This document shows, one piece after another, positions 19,557 through 31,790 of a stretch of 64,000 nt of DNA (its first letter is position 1; the number at the start of each line of letters is the position of its first letter). The DNA is from Macrostomum lignano (taxonomy: Eukaryota): contig NIVC01000104.1 in assembly GCA_002269645.1 (NCBI GenBank), positions 835,179 to 899,178 of the forward strand, read 5' to 3'. Made by a program: the position numbers and the translations under genes. The notes below the pieces were generated by a model. That model did no database searches and was not told the origin of the DNA. It was given only the letters and a program-made list of their open reading frames with translations.

Positions 19557-19974
19557 CACAGCTAGAAAATAATTTATTCAATAAATATTAAATCAAGATG
19601 GACAAATTTCTATTTCAAGAAGTCGCAGACGAAAGTCACAAAATGGTGTCGACTGTCAAGTGTGTCAAGTGAGGCGAACGGTTTTGCGACATGGAAGTTT
19701 TCGAAGAAAACAAGGAGCTTAAAAATAGTTTGAAGAATAAACCTTGAAAATAACAATAAAATATACTTAAAAAGTAAGTATTTTTACAAAGGTAGAGCAA
19801 TGGTAACTCATAAATTATCAAGTAATAAGAAACTTTGTTATAAAATTAACTTTAAAATTATAATTCAGTATTTTTCTGAGAAATCGCGATTCTAACATTT
19901 CAAAAGGATAACTAACAGCCTGGACTTTTATGGTCAAGATATAAGGATTTTTGCCTCATAACAAAGCGAACAAA
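19557..19974. promoter_or_regulatory. Probable bidirectional promoter between TALDO1 and ATP6V0D1
   Basis: Divergent start codons only 418 bp apart; inferred from geometry alone. Confidence 0.6.
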
Positions 19975-22900
19975 ATGTTTTCTGAATCCATGTTTAGTGT
20001 GGATGCAGGCTACCTGGAAGGTCTCGCAAGAGGATTTAAAGGCGGAATTCTAAAAAAAACTGACTACTACAACTTGACTCAGTGTGAAACACTAGAAGGT
20101 GAGTTTGCTTTTTATAATATATATACAAAATGCCTTTAATTTAATAGTCAACAGTTAAGCGTAAGTATTTTAAATAACTAGCTTTTCACTATATGCATTA
20201 GACTTTAAACTTTGAATAAGTAATAGGTCTAGGTAGGCTAGGCATATGGCTAGGCAAAGGAAGTATTAATGGCTATCCTGTAGGCTCAGCCCAGTCTTCC
20301 AATCCAGCCTGCACTGGACAAAGTTTGCTGACAGCTGACCCCTGGTATAGATGTATAATATAATTTAAAGAATATATAAACCACACTCTAGCCATAGTCT
20401 AGTCTGTCCAGATCATGCTGGGTGCACACCTGAACAAAAATTAAATAGGCCCCTAATTACAAATGCATACCAAAAAAATGTAATGCATGCCTATTCTTAA
20501 AAATATGCCAGTGTTGCAACAACAAATGACCTTTTTTACATTGTGACAATAAAGGTCCCTGGACATTTCAGTGACAAGATGTTTCAGTGACAGCCTTTTC
20601 GCTGACAAGTTAGGACATTTTGGTGACAAATTTAGACAATTTGGTGACATGTTTTAAAAATGAAAGTTAATTTTGTCTGTAAGATAATAAACTCATGAAC
20701 AAGACTTAATACTCAGAACTCGTCATATTTTATTGTTTTGTGTTTATTTCGTAACTGACTTTGTTATATCTCTACACTTAAATAAAGGGTCATCTGCATT
20801 TCTAGATAAGTCAGTCGGCCGATGTGACGCGTCAAGTCGCTTATTTTACACACTATAGCAACATCATTTTTGCAACACTATCTGGATATATACCTGTGTT
20901 CAAGGCAATTCGTGTAAAAAATGTATATGTAGCATATTTTCATGCGTTGCCTGATTGATCTACTGTATTGATACAAACAAAAGTTGTGGTTGTAGTTTAT
21001 TACTCTACTATCAGGGCTATGGAGAGGGGGCCGGGACATTCCATATTGCTTTATCCTCCTAAACCCCGACCTCACTTTAATTTGTTGACCTGTTATATGG
21101 AAATCAATAATTTTTGCATGTTTTACGGCGGCAAAAAATAGCGCCTGCGGCACCAAAATTGTGCCTGTGGCACTAAAATAAGTGCAGCTACTGCGCTAAA
21201 ATAAGTGCAGATGCGGCATTAAAATAAGTGCAGATGCAGCACTAAAATAAGTGCAGAGCTTTTCGTTGCATTTTGGGCAGTAATCGTCCATGAAATAACT
21301 ATTTTGACTAATTAAAGGTTAGATCCAGCAGAGCTGTGAATATGCATGCGTCTAGAATTCAAAGAACTATCGCTCAAGTTTGGTAGAAGTTATATAGTCG
21401 ATTAGCGCCTCAGATACCGAGTCTTTAAATTCATGCCTATTCATTATTTTATACGCAATCCGTTGTTCTACTTTGCTAACCCTAGTGTCGTGGCAAAAAC
21501 AAACATAATATCACCATACAAGCAATGCTTCTCTGCTAGTAATGATTTTGCTTTAGCACGGTAGCAATTATAACGCGCAACCAAATCATAGGTGCTTGCC
21601 ATTCCAGAATTAGCATTGTTAGTAATTAAATACATGTAGATATCAAAATTCGATTCACTAAGCACAATTGGTTCACTTAACGAGCTTTACTGTTTTGTAA
21701 CATTTGAACTATCAAAGGTGCTAATATCGATCAACCAATGAAGAAAGATTAAATACTGGAATTGCCTATTTACGTAGCATAGCAAAATGTTTAAAGTAAG
21801 TTCTAAAAAGTAAACTATGCAATTTAATAACTAGCTGTGGCCTCATGTCCTTTCCCTTGTTTTTCCTTTGACTTTCCTGGTCAATATGGTCAGCAATCAC
21901 ACAGCCAATTATCGGTCTACCAGTCTACCATGCCAACAATTCTAAATGTAGATTGTACATGACTAAATTTGGAAAATTCCCTAATGTATTACATTATTTC
22001 TTTATAACAGGTCAACAAATTAAAGTGAGGTCGGGGTTCAGGGGGATAAAGGAATGGGATGTCCTGGCCCCCTCTCTATAGCCCTGATAGTAGAGTAACA
22101 AACTACAACCACAGCTTTTGTTTGCATCTATACCGTAGATCGATCAGGCAACTAATGAAAATATGCTACATATACATTTTTTACACGAATTGCCTTGAAC
22201 ACAGGTATATATCCAGATAGTGTCGCAAAAATGATGCTGCTATAGTGTGTAAAATAAGCAACTTGACGTGTCGCATCGGCCGACTGACTTATCTAGAAAT
22301 GCAGATGACCCTTTATTTAAGTGTAAAGATATAACAAAAGTCAGTTACGAAATAAACGCAAAACAATAAAATATGACGAGTTCCAAGTATTAAGTCTTGT
22401 TCATGAGTTTATTATCTTACAGACAAAATTAACTTTCATTTTTAAAACGTGTCACCGAATTGTCTAAATTCGTCACCGAAACATCCTAAATTGTCACTGA
22501 AAAGGCTGTCACCAAAACGTCTTGTCACCAAAATGTCTAGGGACCCCAAAAAATACCTTTTTTAAAATTGCGTAATAGACCCTTATTACTAGATAGTTTG
22601 GTTGCTTTTTCATGCTTTTTTGGTGATACTATTTACTAGCGGAAAATTTATACATGCAAAGATTTGTTTACATGATCTTTTACAAGCTTAAAAAACCAGA
22701 AAGCTTGAAATTTGCACTTAAAAATGAACTTTTTTCATATTTTTTCTACTTCACAATAACTTATACATGATTCTATTAAGTGCACACCAGGTGTGCCACA
22801 CTCTGGATCATGTAGTATATGCCCAAAAATTTAGGTGTGCATTGGCCTTGCATGCCAAAATTAGGCATGCACAATTGGCATGCATCACCTAGTGTACACT

Positions 22901-25900
22901 TTATAAAATCATGCAGAAGAGTTGTTGTGAAGTAGAAAAAAGATAGAAAGAAGTTCATTTACAAGTGTAAATTTCAAGCTTTCCAGTTTTTTAGCATGTA
23001 ACAAAGCAGTTAAACGATTTTTTATGTGTATCAATTTTCTGCTATAAATATATTGCAAAAAATGCATCATAAATAACCAAATTATTTACTAAAAAGAGTT
23101 CATTATGCAATTTTAAAAAGGTCATTTATTGTTGCAACTATGGGTATCAATATCATAGCTTGTAAAAAATCAATTTATTCAAATCTAATCTATGAAACTT
23201 AAAACCAGTTTTTAATTTTAATTCTTTAATATTGTCAATCATATTGTTTTTGCAGAAATTTGTAGTGTAAAAATTTTAGTTAAAAATAATAACATAAATG
23301 TGCAACACAGGCCAACCTAGCCAATTTGGCAAGGTGGTGAGATGTCTGGCCAAGAAGTTGCAAAAATGCCAACCCAAAATTGACAAAAGACATAATATTA
23401 ATTAGATAATGTGGCATTTAACTTTTATAACAAAACAAAGTCATAGTTACTCTTACCATTTATCCAAAATTACATTAATTTTTCTTTAGAGTTTCTTTTA
23501 TAGGTAAGTTGCATGGCTAGATAATTGCTATGCAATCAAGGCTATGCATGCATAAATAATAAGTTATTAATATAAGGCATACATGTGCAACCCCCCAGAT
23601 TTACACTGGCCATGCGACTTACTTTTTGACCAAAAATGCGACTTACCTGTGAAAGAAACCCTAACGCAATTTTGGGTAAACGGAAGGAGTAACTATGACT
23701 GTCTTATAAGGGCTAAATGCCTCGTCATCTAATTAGTACTACGTCCGTATTCTTTAGGCTGGGCATTTTTGCGACTTACCCCTGGTCCACCACAATTTAC
23801 GGTGGCCAGGTCGGCCAGCAGTTGCGCATGTATGATATAAGGCCTAGTTATTAATGTAGCACAATGTAAAAAAACAAAAGATAAGAAAGTTTGATATAAA
23901 TTTTGATATTTGCTTTATATTCTATCATGTATTCAACACAATTTCTACTACAGAGATTGCTTGATCCTTTTGATTAAATTTCAGTGCCTATTTTTTAAGC
24001 ATGTTAACTTTTCTATACATAATGAATTCTATTACCATGTAATGTAAGTCATTAGATTTTGTATTTCTTGTCTAATTTATACTTTTTATTTAACCACCCC
24101 ATAGACCTGAAGCTCCACCTGCAGTCCACCGACTATGGCCACTTCTTGGCCAACGAGGCGGGCCCACTCACCGTCAGTGTGATTGAAGAGCGCCTGAAAG
24201 AGAAACTCATCATTGAGTTTAACCATTTGCGCACCCAGGCCACTGGCTACCTGGCCGAGTTCATGGACTACATCACCTATAGCTACATGATTGACAATGT
24301 GGTGCTGCTGCTGTCTGGCATACTGCACGACAGGCCTATTAAAGAGATGCTGGCCAAGTGCCATCCTATGGGCACTTTTGAGCAGATGGAGGCAATTCAC
24401 ATTGCTACTACAACTAGGGAGCTGTACGATGCAGTGCTGGTGAGTTTAGTGGAATGTTGAGATTGATGCGAGGGTCACTATGAGATTGATATGAGAACGA
24501 TAATGAGATTGATATGAGAGTGATGATTGGATTGATGTGAGAGTGATATACGTGTGACTATGAGATTGATGTGAAAGTGACTATGAGATTGATATGAGAG
24601 TGATGAGATTGATATGAGAGTGACTACATTTATGAGATTGATGTGAGAGTGACTTTAAGATTGTTGTGAGATTGACTATGAGATTGATATGAGAGTGATT
24701 ACTGATGAGATTGATATGAGAGTGATTACTGATAAGATTGATATGAGAGTGACTACATGTATGAGATTAATGTGAGAGTAACTATGAGATTGATGTGAGA
24801 GTTACTATGAGATTGATATGAGAGTGACTATGATAGTGATGAGATTAATGTGAGAGTGATGAGATTGATGTGAGAGTGATGAGATTGATGTGAGAGTGAT
24901 GAGATTGATGTGAGAGTGACTATGAGAGTGATGAGATTGATGTGAGAGTGACTATGAGATGCTTATCCCAACGCCTCACCGCACTCCAGGTGGACACTCC
25001 GCTCGCCCCGTACTTCGCCGACTGCATCAACGAGGAGGACCTGAATGAGATGAACATCGAGATCATCAGGAACACTCTCTACAAGGCCTACCTGGAAGAC
25101 TTCAGCGCATTCTGCCAGCAGATCGGCGGCACCACGGCTGAGGTCATGCAGGAGGTTCTGGCATTCGAGGCCGATCGCCGAGCCTTCATGATCACCATCA
25201 ACTCCTTTGGCACCGAGCTGCTCAAGGAGGACAGGAAGAAGCTGTACCCCGCCTGCGGCAGACTTTACCCTGGCGGTCTGGAGATGCTGGCCCAAGCTGA
25301 AGAAGTTGAGCAGGTCAAACTGGTGGCCGATTATTTCGCTGTGAGTTGCTTTCTAACTGTAATTCTTCATTTTCAAAGTGCACTTTTACTAATTAGATGA
25401 CGAGGTAAACATTGCAAAAAATGCTATCATAGTTGCTCTCGCTGTTTACCTGAAAAGAAATATTCGCAGGTAGGTTGCAGGCTCTCTAGCGCAACGCCTT
25501 CAGCGACATCGGTCCCAAAACCACTGCTGACAAATTCTGACGCACAAAAAGTCGCGCCAATACTGTTCGAGGTCAAACTCACCCTAATTAAATGTTACCG
25601 GTCCTCCTAGCTACTGGCCTCAATTATAGGGGGTGTTAGAGTAGTGTTCAGGTCAGAGCGTCGGACTCACGACTTTAGAAGGTCGGAGGTTCAATTCTCA
25701 ACCCACTCGGAACAACTTGTGTGCAATGAGCAAGACACTTAACTCTCTGCATTGCTTCAGTTCACCCAGCTGTAAAATTTGAGGGTGTGTGTGTGGCGAT
25801 GTTGCTGCGGCTGAGCTGTCGGTTGCACATCTGCCCATTGGGGCAGGTGTAATCAAGTATTATTATTTCTGACTGTCACACCCCAATCCGGCATCTCAGG

Positions 25901-26139
25901 AGTACCGAGTCATGTTCGAAGACGACGGCACCGGCATGGACAAAACTTTAGAGGACAAATTCTTTGAGCACGAAGTTCGACTGAACGTCCGCGCATTCAT
26001 GCAGCAGTTCCACTACGGCGTGTTCTACTCGCTGGTGAAGCTGAAGGAGCAGGAGATTCGCAACATCGTCTGGATTGCCGAGTGCGTCAGCCAGCGGCAC
26101 CGAGCCAAGATTGAAGCCTACATCCCGATTCTGGAGTGA
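19975..26139 (+). CDS. ATP6V0D1: V-type proton ATPase subunit d; 4 exons (19975-20098, 24105-24439, 24990-25340, 25900-26139), 349 aa
   Basis: [15 protein letters not shown]...[55 protein letters not shown] motifs; GT-AG introns in phase; total 1050 nt. Confidence 0.97.
20509..23142. mobile_element. Outer fold-back/MITE-like element: arms ~22557-22795 and ~22885-23142, with a left tip at 20509-20545 displaced by the inner element
   Basis: The right arm reverse-complements the left arm at roughly 80% by eye; GTTGCAACAA(C/T)AAATGACCTTTTT is found at both outer ends; no TSD found. Confidence 0.6.
20554..22545. mobile_element. Inner fold-back element with ~545-bp inverted arms (20554-21097 / 22003-22545) and a ~900-bp non-coding spacer
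   Basis: Arms about 90% identical by eye; termini GGTCCCT(G/A)GACATTT; subterminal GTGACAA repeats; spacer has short CTAAAATAAGTGCAG repeats and no ORF; no clear TSD. Confidence 0.8.
23578..23834. mobile_element. hAT-like MITE copy 2 (257 bp) carrying a 28S rDNA fragment
   Basis: TIRs CATACATGTGCAAC / GTTGCGCATGTATG; perfect 8-bp TSD ATATAAGG (23570-23577, 23835-23842); same subterminal TGCGACTT repeats as copy 1. Confidence 0.88.
23674..23737 (+). other. 28S (LSU) rRNA-derived fragment, helix 69-71 region
   Basis: 55/64 ungapped identity (hand count) to the recalled 28S consensus. Confidence 0.92.
24470..24960. repeat. ~20-23-bp minisatellite filling ATP6V0D1 intron 2 (GAGATTGATGTGAGAGTGACTAT)
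   Basis: Direct reading. Confidence 0.93.
25629..25867 (+). mobile_element. tRNA-derived SINE, family A, with CORE/MIR-like central domain
   Basis: Degenerate tRNA head (GGTTCAATTC B box); GAGCAAGACACTTAACTC...CTTCAGTTCACCCAGCTGTAAAAT core; tail GTCGGTTGCACATCTGCCCATT..GGCAGGTGTAATCAA(TTA)n shared with the copy at 52281-52543. Confidence 0.75.
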
Positions 26140-27164
26140 GCTGGGATGCTGGGGGCGATGCAGAGACCCAGATTGACTCGCAACTCGCACTGTCTTACTA
26201 TTGTCTCTACTGTACTGTTTTTCGTTGTCACGCAAGGCATAATAATTATAAAAAATGTTACTATTATTATATCAGCATTAGTTTAGTTAAGTGATTAATT
26301 CTGCTATTCACATTGCTATTGACATATATACCGCTATGACTACTTTAGTTTCTGACGTAGTAGTAGTAATAGTAGTATATATTGAAAATCTATGTTGGTC
26401 TGTTTTTTCACAATTTGTGTCGGTTTATTGTTTCTAAGCATATAGATTTATATATACAGAATATAGCTCATGGCTGCTGGCAGAGAATAGAGAAAGGGAG
26501 AGAAGAGAGGAAAGGAGAGAAGAGAAGAGACCTAGGATTGCTACTGTAAGTTTTAAAGGACCCGTGGGCTCCGTCGACCCCAGATTTATATACTTAATTT
26601 TGATCGTCATAAAATATTTAGATAATTTTCCCAAAAATTTTGTATTTTTCCTGTATATCATTATAGCACTACTGCTTGTCAGGAATCAGTAGCATAGCAA
26701 TAATATTTCTGTCACTATATATCGTTTCTCGTGTGTTATAAGTGAAATATTACTGTCTTAATTAGGTGGTGAATTAAGTATTTTCCTTTATTGTGCTGAG
26801 AATTTTGATTCATTAAAATCGTATAATTTGTTGGGTTTATAATTGACATTTGTGATCCATGAAAATTTTCTTTATTCCGAGGCTATATTTGAATTCCTTT
26901 TTTGAACTGTAGTAGGCTTAAGTGTTGTGTAGCCTTTGTTTTAATGCGCTGAATAATTTATTGAGCGTATATATTTGAATTTTAATATACTGTTTGTTCT
27001 TCTTTGGACCTCCATCCATCGCTGTTCCTTTTCTGCAATGTTTAAATTGGAATCGCTATGCTATGAGTAATTACAAATTCTCAAGTGATCAAAGCGTTAA
27101 AACAGCTTGATATTGTTTGCATGTCTTTATTATTTTGATCTTTTAGTGTTTATTTTGGCGCCAC

Positions 27165-28265
27165 GATGGACATTTGGCGCGGCGATTAACAGCGCCACGA
27201 TTGCTATGATTTGGCGCCACGATAGACATTTGGCGCGGCGATTAACAGCGCCACGATTGCTATGATTTGGCGCCACGATGAACATTTGGCGCGGCGATTA
27301 ACAGCGCCACGATTGCTATGATTTGGCGCTACAATGGAAATTTGGCGCGGCGATTAACAGCGCCACGATTGCTATGATTTGGCGCCACGATGAACATTTG
27401 GCGCGGCGATTAACAGCGCCACGATTGCTATGATTTGGCGCCACGATGAACATTTGGCGCGGCGATTAACAGCGCCACGATTGCTATGATTTGGCGCCAC
27501 GATGAACATTTGGCGCGGCGATTAACAGCGCCACGATTGCTATGATTTGGCGCCACGATGAACATTTGGCGCGGCGATTAACAGCGCCACGATTGCTATG
27601 ATTTGGCGCCACGATGAACATTTGGCGCGGCGATTAACAGCGCCACGATTGCTATGATTTGGCGCCACGAAAGACATTTGGCGCCGCGATTAACAGCGCC
27701 ACGATTGCTATGATTTGGCGCCACGAAAGACATTTGGCGCGGCGATTAACAGCGCCACGATTGCTATGATTTGGCGCCACGATGGACATTTGGCGCCGCG
27801 ATTAACAGCGCCACGATTGCTATGATTTGGCGCCACGATAGACATTTGGCGCGGCGATTAACAGCGCCACGATTGCTATGATTTGGCGCTACAATGGAAA
27901 TTTGGCGCGGCGATTAACAGCGCCACGATTGCTATGATTTGGCGCCACGATAGACATTTGGCGCGGCGATTAACAGCGCCACGATTGCTATGATTTGGCG
28001 CTACAATGGAAATTTGGCGCGGCGATTAACAGCGCCACGATTGCTATGATTTGGCGCCACGATGAACATTTGGCGCGGCGATTAACAGCGCCACGATTGC
28101 TATGATTTGGCGCCACGATGAACATTTGGCGCGGCGATTAACAGCGCCACGATTGCTATGATTTGGCGCCACGATGAACATTTGGCGCGGCGATTAACAG
28201 CGCCACGATTGCTATGATTTGGCGCCACGATGAACATTTGGCGCGGCGATTAACAGCGCCACGAT
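27165..28265. repeat. 56-bp minisatellite (TTGGCGCCACGATGAACATTTGGCGCGGCGATTAACAGCGCCACGATTGCTATGAT)
   Basis: About 19-20 highly homogeneous copies between the 3' ends of ATP6V0D1 and HSBP1. Confidence 0.97.
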
Positions 28266-28775
28266 GGTTGTGACTTGGTGTCACAATGGTTATGTTATGA
28301 ACTGGCGCCGCAATGCCCATGTTTTGGCGCCAGGATGCTTGCTTAGGTTTTTGCGTCATTATGGTTGTGATACACCATACAGTGTAAATGTAAATGATTA
28401 TTTTTCGCGTGTATGCTCAGTCTTAATTAGTGATGTAAAGTACGCATAATACAAAGTTGGAGTTGGTTGGTTTTGAGTTGGATTTTGGAATCAGAAGTCT
28501 ACTAATAGTAGAGCAACAACATCTGCGTTTAAAAACCGATTAATATAGCAACTATTGGTGGTAATTATATATTTTAATGATAAATATTTAATTAGTATAG
28601 CTTTATGACCTGTAGTAGCTTGTTACAAATCAAAATTCCTTACAAAAATTACTTCGTTGATTTGTAAAATTAAACAGTGCGACGCCCAATTTTCATGTAT
28701 AAAAATAATAATTGAGACTACATGTACGACATGGAAGCCTGTTAATTGGTTATGAAGATGTCATTAGCAGTGTGT

Positions 28776-29592
28776 CTATGAACGGAAGTTCTCCACTCCG
28801 GCCTGGGTCATGAGGTCCGCCACATTGCGCTCCAGTTCGTCGATGCGGCGACCCATCTCGTCGATGCGACCGGTGATCTTGTCGCTGGTGTGGTTGAAAT
28901 TGTCAGATAGGCCCTGCAGCAGCGACTGGAGCTGTTTTATAATGGGAGGGGGGTTGGCGGTTCACAGTTGGCGCTTTACTTTTATAGCATCTGGCTCCCT
29001 TTGATGTTCGCCGCTATCAATATAGTCCGCTTGGTAATAAACCTTAAGGCAGTTTGCCCATTCCACTGCCTCCTGAGCACATAGGTGTGAAGCGGCCTTG
29101 GCTTTCTAATCGACATTCTCTTGTGCATTGGAGGTTGATTGGCCCTCATGGGTGTGAATCGCACCCGACAGCCCCTTGGCCATAAATTAATTATGTTGGC
29201 TGCGATCACTGAATCGAACTATGCAAGCCGGGGGTCATGCCGAGAGTCGTCCCTATTCCCCTTTGATGTTCGCCGCTATATATAGTGCCCCCATTAAATC
29301 TTTCCATGACTTTAATAAAGCCGATTTTGGTCTCTATTACTGCCCTACTGAAAAGTAGAACACATGCTTGTACAGTTGGTTAATTAATTAAACGAATGTG
29401 GGCCAAGGTCTCAGCCGTGAAAATTAAGCTTGCGCACGACAATCGGCCTGGGGTGGGTTGAACTAATTAATCAGAAATTCGTGCTAGAATGTCTGGAGAT
29501 CCAGTGCACCAACTCACATGATTTGTGAGCTCATTGACGCTGCCAGGATCAGCGATGCCGAATGATTTGTCCTTGGCGTAGTCTGAAGACAT
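28776..29592 (-). CDS. HSBP1: Heat shock factor-binding protein 1; 2 exons (29592-29518, 28931-28776), 76 aa
   Basis: Spliced product MSSDYAKDKSFGIADPGSVNELTNH|LQSLLQGLSDNFNHTSDKITGRIDEMGRRIDELERNVADLMTQAGVENFRS matches the HSBP1 coiled-coil signature; phase-0 GT-AG intron. Missed by the ORF track. Confidence 0.92.
29018..29258 (+). mobile_element. Repeat family B (SINE-like) copy in the HSBP1 intron, flanked by a 21-bp direct repeat
   Basis: Shares CTCCTGAGCACA.AGGTG, TG(A/G)CTTTCTAATCG and TTGGAGG..TGGCCCTCA with 58625-58900 (-); CCCTTTGATGTTCGCCGCTAT occurs at 28997-29017 and 29259-29279. Confidence 0.55.
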
Positions 29593-30679
29593 GATGACGA
29601 TGCGATGTATGTTGAACGAGTCCTCTCCGAAATACTCTTTTCGTTTTGAGAATAGCAGATGCGCTTGGCTGCTGCTGCTGTTGAGCAGCTTAAAAGCAAA
29701 GCTTTTGGCTTGGGTAAGAAAGGACGCTTGATGGGGTGACCGACCCTCTCTGTGTCTGACGTGCAGCCTTTTCTCAATGCTGTATATGGTCCCGTTTGTC
29801 TCTCTGTCTCCCCCTCTCTCTCTCTCTCTCCCTCTCTCTCTTAGCTAAGCCACTTACATCTGCAACTATTCTGGTTGCCATTGGTTACCAGGCGCGGCTG
29901 GCTAAGTTTTGTTCGAGCAGAGACGAAAAGAAAATTTTCTCTCTCTCTCTATTTTACTTCCTCTGGATCTAAGAGTTTGAGCAGCATTTTTCGAACCCAG
30001 CTACTTCTTTTTCTCTGGCATCTTGGATTATAATTAATTACCGAATCTCTCAACTCAACTGGCTCTCAGAAATTCGTTAGAACTCGCGCGACCTCCCCCC
30101 CCCCCTGCTTGTTCTCGGTGGAATAATTCTTTTTAACCAGCAAACAATAGGAAAATTCTAACAATTTACTATTTTTTCTACTAGTTGCTTCTAGCTTAAG
30201 TAGGATAATACGCGTACTATAAGTATATTTCCGTTTTTTGTTTTAAAAATTCAGCTTTAGTTTATCTAGACTGGTACAGCTGTACAGTATTGATTTATTT
30301 CTACATCTCCCTACCGAACAATGTATGCACTGAGCACTTCCTCTATTTTCAACCCCAATAGCATCTAAAACTTTGCATTTGACTGACAAGGCAAGAAAGT
30401 TTCACCTGCTGTCAATTCGGCATTGTTCCTGGCGTGAGACAAGTGAGCGAGCGATCCTTTTCAACGCGTGGCAAACAAGAAGCAGGTGTCTTTTGTGTAC
30501 TTTTTCTAGTTCTGGTTTGACTAAGGCTGTATCGCTGGAAATATAGCTAGGTGTGTGTTGACACGGAGTCAACTCAATGATTTTATGCTTTCATAATCTT
30601 TTTTTAGCTTTTTGAGGAACTTTTTTATGGTTCTGTAGTTAGTTGTTTGATCATTAGGTTATATGAGAGACAGTGAAAG

Positions 30680-31790
30680 TTAGGTGGGAGGGTAGCGGTG
30701 ACTCACTGAAAGACAGGTGGGAGGGTAGCGGTGATTCACTGAAAGACAGGTGGGAGGGTAGCGGTGATTCACTGAGAGACAGGTGGGAGGGTAGCGGTGA
30801 CTCACTGAGAGACAGGTGGGAGGGTAGCGGTGACTCACTGAGAGACAGGTAGGAGGGTAGCGGTGACTCACTGAGAGAAAGGTGGGAGTGTAGCGGTGAC
30901 TCACTGAGAGACAGGTGGGAGGGTAGCGGTGACTCACTGAGAGACAGGTGGAAGGGTAGCGGTGACTCACTGAGAGACAGGTGGAAGGGTAGCGGTGACT
31001 CACTGAGAGACAGGTGGAAGGGTAGCGGTGATTCACTGAGAGACAGGTGGAAGGGTAGCGGTGACTCACTGAGAGACAGATGGGAGGGTAGCGGTGACTC
31101 ACCGAGAGATAGGTGGGAGGGTAGCGGTGACTCACTGAGAGACAGGTGGGAGGGTAGCGGTGACTCACTGAGAGACAGATGGGAGGGTAGCGGTGACTCA
31201 CTGATAGACAGGTGAGAGGTAGCGGTGACTCACTGAAAGACAGGTGGGAGGGTAGCGGTGACTCACTGAGAGACAGATGGGAGGGTAGCGGTGACTCACT
31301 GATAGACAGGTGAGAGGTAGCGGTGACTAACTGAGAGACAGGTAGGAGGGTAGCGGTGACTCACTGAGAGACAGGTGGGAGGGTAGCGGTGACTCACTGA
31401 TAGACAGGTGGGAGGGTAGCGGTGACTCACTGATAGACAGGTGGGAGGGTAGCGGTGACTCACTGATAGACAGGTGGGAGGGTAGCGGTGACTCACTGAT
31501 AGACAGATGGGAGGGTAGCGGTGACTCACTGAGAGACAGATGGGAGGGTAGCGGTGACTCACTGAGAGACAGATGGGAGGGTAGCGGTGACTCACTGATA
31601 GACAGGTGAGAGGTAGCGGTGACTAACTGAGAGACAGGTAGGAGGGTAGCGGTGACTCACTGAGAGACAGGTAGGAGGGTAGCGGTGACTCACTGAGAGA
31701 CAGGTGGGAGGGTAGCGGTGACTCACTGATAGACAGGTGGAAGGGTAGCGGTGACTCACTGATAGACAGGTGGAAGGGTAGCGGTGACTC
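30680..31790. repeat. 33-bp minisatellite (AGGTGGGAGGGTAGCGGTGACTCACTGAGAGAC)
   Basis: About 33 copies; most carry TGACTCA. Confidence 0.97.

Noticed and set aside
27165-28265. CRISPR-like appearance of regular arrays (also 5399-6545, 37595-39170, 55545-56215)
   Set aside because: Units are contiguous with no unique spacers, there are no cas genes, and the context is eukaryotic.
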